Positions 61,716 to 64,000 of a stretch of 64,000 nucleotides of DNA are shown piece by piece. The stretch is from Candidatus Latescibacterota bacterium (GTDB taxonomy: Bacteria > Latescibacterota > UBA2968 > UBA8231): positions 288,001 to 352,000 of the forward strand of contig CBDCXV010000009.1 of the NCBI GenBank assembly GCA_965223905.1. The letters run 5' to 3'. The translations under genes and the position numbers were made by a program. How positions within the stretch are numbered: the first letter of the stretch is position 1; each line of letters opens with the position of its first letter. Under the pieces are notes generated by a model, which was not told where the DNA came from, did no database searches, and worked only from the letters and a program-made list of their open reading frames with translations.

Positions 61716-62801
61716 ATGACGGCGTCGGGCGACTGGTCCCGGCTCGCTTCCTTCGACGTGGTGCGGCTCAACTCCGAGCTGTTCCCGGTGGGCGGCCTCG
61801 AGGCCGATCTCTACGAGCGCTTCGGGCTGCGGCCCCGGGAGGTCGAAGCCAACACCCCCGAGACGATCATTCCGCACGTAACCGAATGCGACGCCCTTTT
61901 CGCCGTGTCGGTCGCCCTTCCCCGCGAAGTGATCGACAGCCTGCGCAACTGCCGGCTGATATCCCGCCTCGGCACCGGCACCGACAAGATCGACGTCGCC
62001 CGCGCCACCGAGCGCGGCATCGTCGTCTCCAACGTCCCGGAGTTCGGGGTCGAGGACATGGCCGACCACACCATGGCGATGGTCCTGTCGCTGCAGCGGC
62101 GGCTGCCCTGGATGCACCGCCAGATGCTGCGGGGAGAATTTTTTGCCGCCCGCAGCGAGACCCTGACCATTCGGCGGCCGGGGGAGTGCGTGCTCGGCCT
62201 GGTCGGGTTCGGGGCCAGCGCCAGGGCGGTGGCGGCGCGGGCGCTGCCGTTCGGATTCCGCCTGCTGGCGACGCGCCGGAACATGCAGGCGCCGACGGAC
62301 GAGGCGGGCCGGCTGCAGGTGCGGATGGTCGATCTTCCGACACTGCTGCGGGAGTCGGATTACGTGTCGCTCCATCTGCCGCTCGATGCCGGCTCCTACC
62401 ACCTCCTCAACGAGGCGGCCATCGTCCTGATGAAGCCGGGGGCCTTCCTCGTAAACACCTCGCGGGGGGCGATCGTCGACGAGGAGGCGCTCGCCGCGGC
62501 CCTGCGTGAGGGCCGCCTGGCCGGGGCAGGGATCGACACCTTCGAGGGGATCGAAATTTTCACCCCTGACGAGCGCCCCCCCGACCACCCGCTCGTCGGG
62601 CTCGACAACGTCATCCTGAGCCCGCACGTCTCCGGTCTGTCGCGGGCAGCGGAGCGCACCTGCGCGAACAGCGGCGTGCGCAATCTCGTCTGCGTGCTGA
62701 GCGGCTGTCTTCCCCCCGCCGGCAACATCGTCAACCGGTCGGTGGTTCCCCGGGTGCCGCTGGCCCCGTACGATCCGGGCCTGTTCGACGATGTCTGGTG
62801 A
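61716..62801 (+). CDS. D-isomer-specific 2-hydroxyacid dehydrogenase
   Basis: GLVGFG, SLHLP, VNTSRG, SPH. Confidence 0.9.
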   Translation: MTASGDWSRLASFDVVRLNSELFPVGGLEADLYERFGLRPREVEANTPETIIPHVTECDALFAVSVALPREVIDSLRNCRLISRLGTGTDKIDVARATERGIVVSNVPEFGVEDMADHTMAMVLSLQRRLPWMHRQMLRGEFFAARSETLTIRRPGECVLGLVGFGASARAVAARALPFGFRLLATRRNMQAPTDEAGRLQVRMVDLPTLLRESDYVSLHLPLDAGSYHLLNEAAIVLMKPGAFLVNTSRGAIVDEEALAAALREGRLAGAGIDTFEGIEIFTPDERPPDHPLVGLDNVILSPHVSGLSRAAERTCANSGVRNLVCVLSGCLPPAGNIVNRSVVPRVPLAPYDPGLFDDVW

Positions 62802-63153
62802 CTCCCGGGGATTCCCCCGGAATTCATCCACCAGGCATACTGTCGCCCGATCCCGCGCCTTGCGAACCGTGCGCATTTGAGCCCCCCTTCGAACGCTTGC
62901 CTGCTGCGCAGGCACCAGTGCGTTGACGCGCGGATTCCCTGGGGTTCACTCGCGAGGCATCACGACAAGCGGGGGCGCGCCGGTCGCCATATCCTACCCA
63001 ATCCCCAATCCGCACCTTGCAGCCCGGGCGCTTCTGCGCATGCCTTGCTTGCGGCCGTTTCCGGGAAGGCATTCCGGCCCCCTGCCTTCTTGCCGCCATC
63101 CAGGCCGGGGGATAAGTTCACCCGCTCGCAAACAGGGGGCTGGGAACGCGCAG

Positions 63154-63963
63154 ATGACCGCATCGCTTTTTGATCTCGAAGGGAAGGTGGCCGCCGTGTC
63201 GGGAGGGGCCCGGGGCCTGGGACGGGCCATGGCCCTCGCCCTGGCCGGCGCCGGCGCCGACGTCGTGATCGCCGACATCGACGCCGCGGCGGCTGCGGAA
63301 ACCGCCGGCGAAATCGAGAGCCTGGGCCGCCGCGGCGCCGCGGTCGACTGCGACATCTCCCGACCCGAGCAGATCGACACCTGGTTCGAGCGGATCGACG
63401 CCTTCGGAGGGATAGACTTCCTCGGCAACGTCGCCGGCGCCGGCCTGCTCAAGGCCCCCGAGGAGCTGTCGCTCGGGGAGGTCCGGCAGGTGCTCGACGA
63501 GCTGGTCGCCTGCCGCTTCTACTGCTGCCAGCAGGCCGGGCGGCGCATGCTGGCAGCCGGCAGGGGCAGCATCGTCAACATCGGCTCGCTGGCGAGCGTC
63601 ACGGCCCTCGGACGCGGGCACATCTCCTACAGCATGGCGATGGGGGGGGTGGTGCAGATGACGAGGGAGCTGAGCACGGAATGGGCGGCGCGGGGCGTGC
63701 GCGTCAACGCCATCCTGCCGGCCCAGGTGCTGAACCCCGGGCTCCAGGAGCGCATGGAAAAGGTACCGGAGCTCGAGGCCACCTATCTCGGCGGCATCCC
63801 CAGGGCCCGCTTCGGACACCCGGACGACATCCGCGGGCTGGCGGTGTTTCTCGCTTCGGACTCCTCCGCATGGATCACCGGGGCGCTGATCCCGATGGAC
63901 GGGGGCAACCTGGCGATGAACGCCGGCGGCAGCTATCCCGGCGGCCCTCGGGTGAGCGGATAA
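63154..63963 (+). CDS. Short-chain dehydrogenase/reductase
   Basis: SGGARGLG, VRVNAILP, MDGG; atypical YSMAM in place of YxxxK. Confidence 0.85.
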   Translation: MTASLFDLEGKVAAVSGGARGLGRAMALALAGAGADVVIADIDAAAAAETAGEIESLGRRGAAVDCDISRPEQIDTWFERIDAFGGIDFLGNVAGAGLLKAPEELSLGEVRQVLDELVACRFYCCQQAGRRMLAAGRGSIVNIGSLASVTALGRGHISYSMAMGGVVQMTRELSTEWAARGVRVNAILPAQVLNPGLQERMEKVPELEATYLGGIPRARFGHPDDIRGLAVFLASDSSAWITGALIPMDGGNLAMNAGGSYPGGPRVSG

Positions 63964-64000
63964 GGCCGCGGCGCAACCGGACCAAGACTCTTGCAACTTT

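Overview
High-GC bacterial chromosomal window. The many PhyH dioxygenases, sulfatases and SDRs and a T9SS/FlgD-type C-terminal domain suggest a Latescibacterota/FCB-like, possibly host-associated organism (inference only). Left (1-15.2 kb): two paralogous S8 subtilases, a catabolic cluster, a low-GC BNR-repeat lipoprotein and an orphan HigA. Centre (~15.27-40.4 kb): a mosaic defence island around a type I R-M system (hsdM, hsdS ... hsdR). It carries a zeta-like ATPase, two Schlafen/AlbA_2-HATPase-wHTH paralogues, a broken Fic gene, an orphan receiver protein and a DUF6932-like nucleotidyltransferase pair. Most notably it carries a low-GC three-gene operon hidden by IS insertions: TIR-ATPase (ORC/CDC6-like), a tandem CARF-like Rossmann protein and an amino-DNA methyltransferase. 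Three 1575-bp ISKra4-like copies (8-bp TSDs) and one IS66 interrupt defence genes. Recurring relics of the hsdM 3' end and of a wHTH 3' end sit at cassette junctions. Right (40.6-64 kb): housekeeping and catabolic genes (msrA, hemL, DEAD-box and Lhr helicases, sulfatases), a TPR-HicB/HicA-like pair, and an AhpD-like selenoprotein (CxxU plus SECIS hairpin) that the ORF track splits in two. No CRISPR array, tRNA or rRNA was recognised. All family calls come from motif reading; no database search was run.
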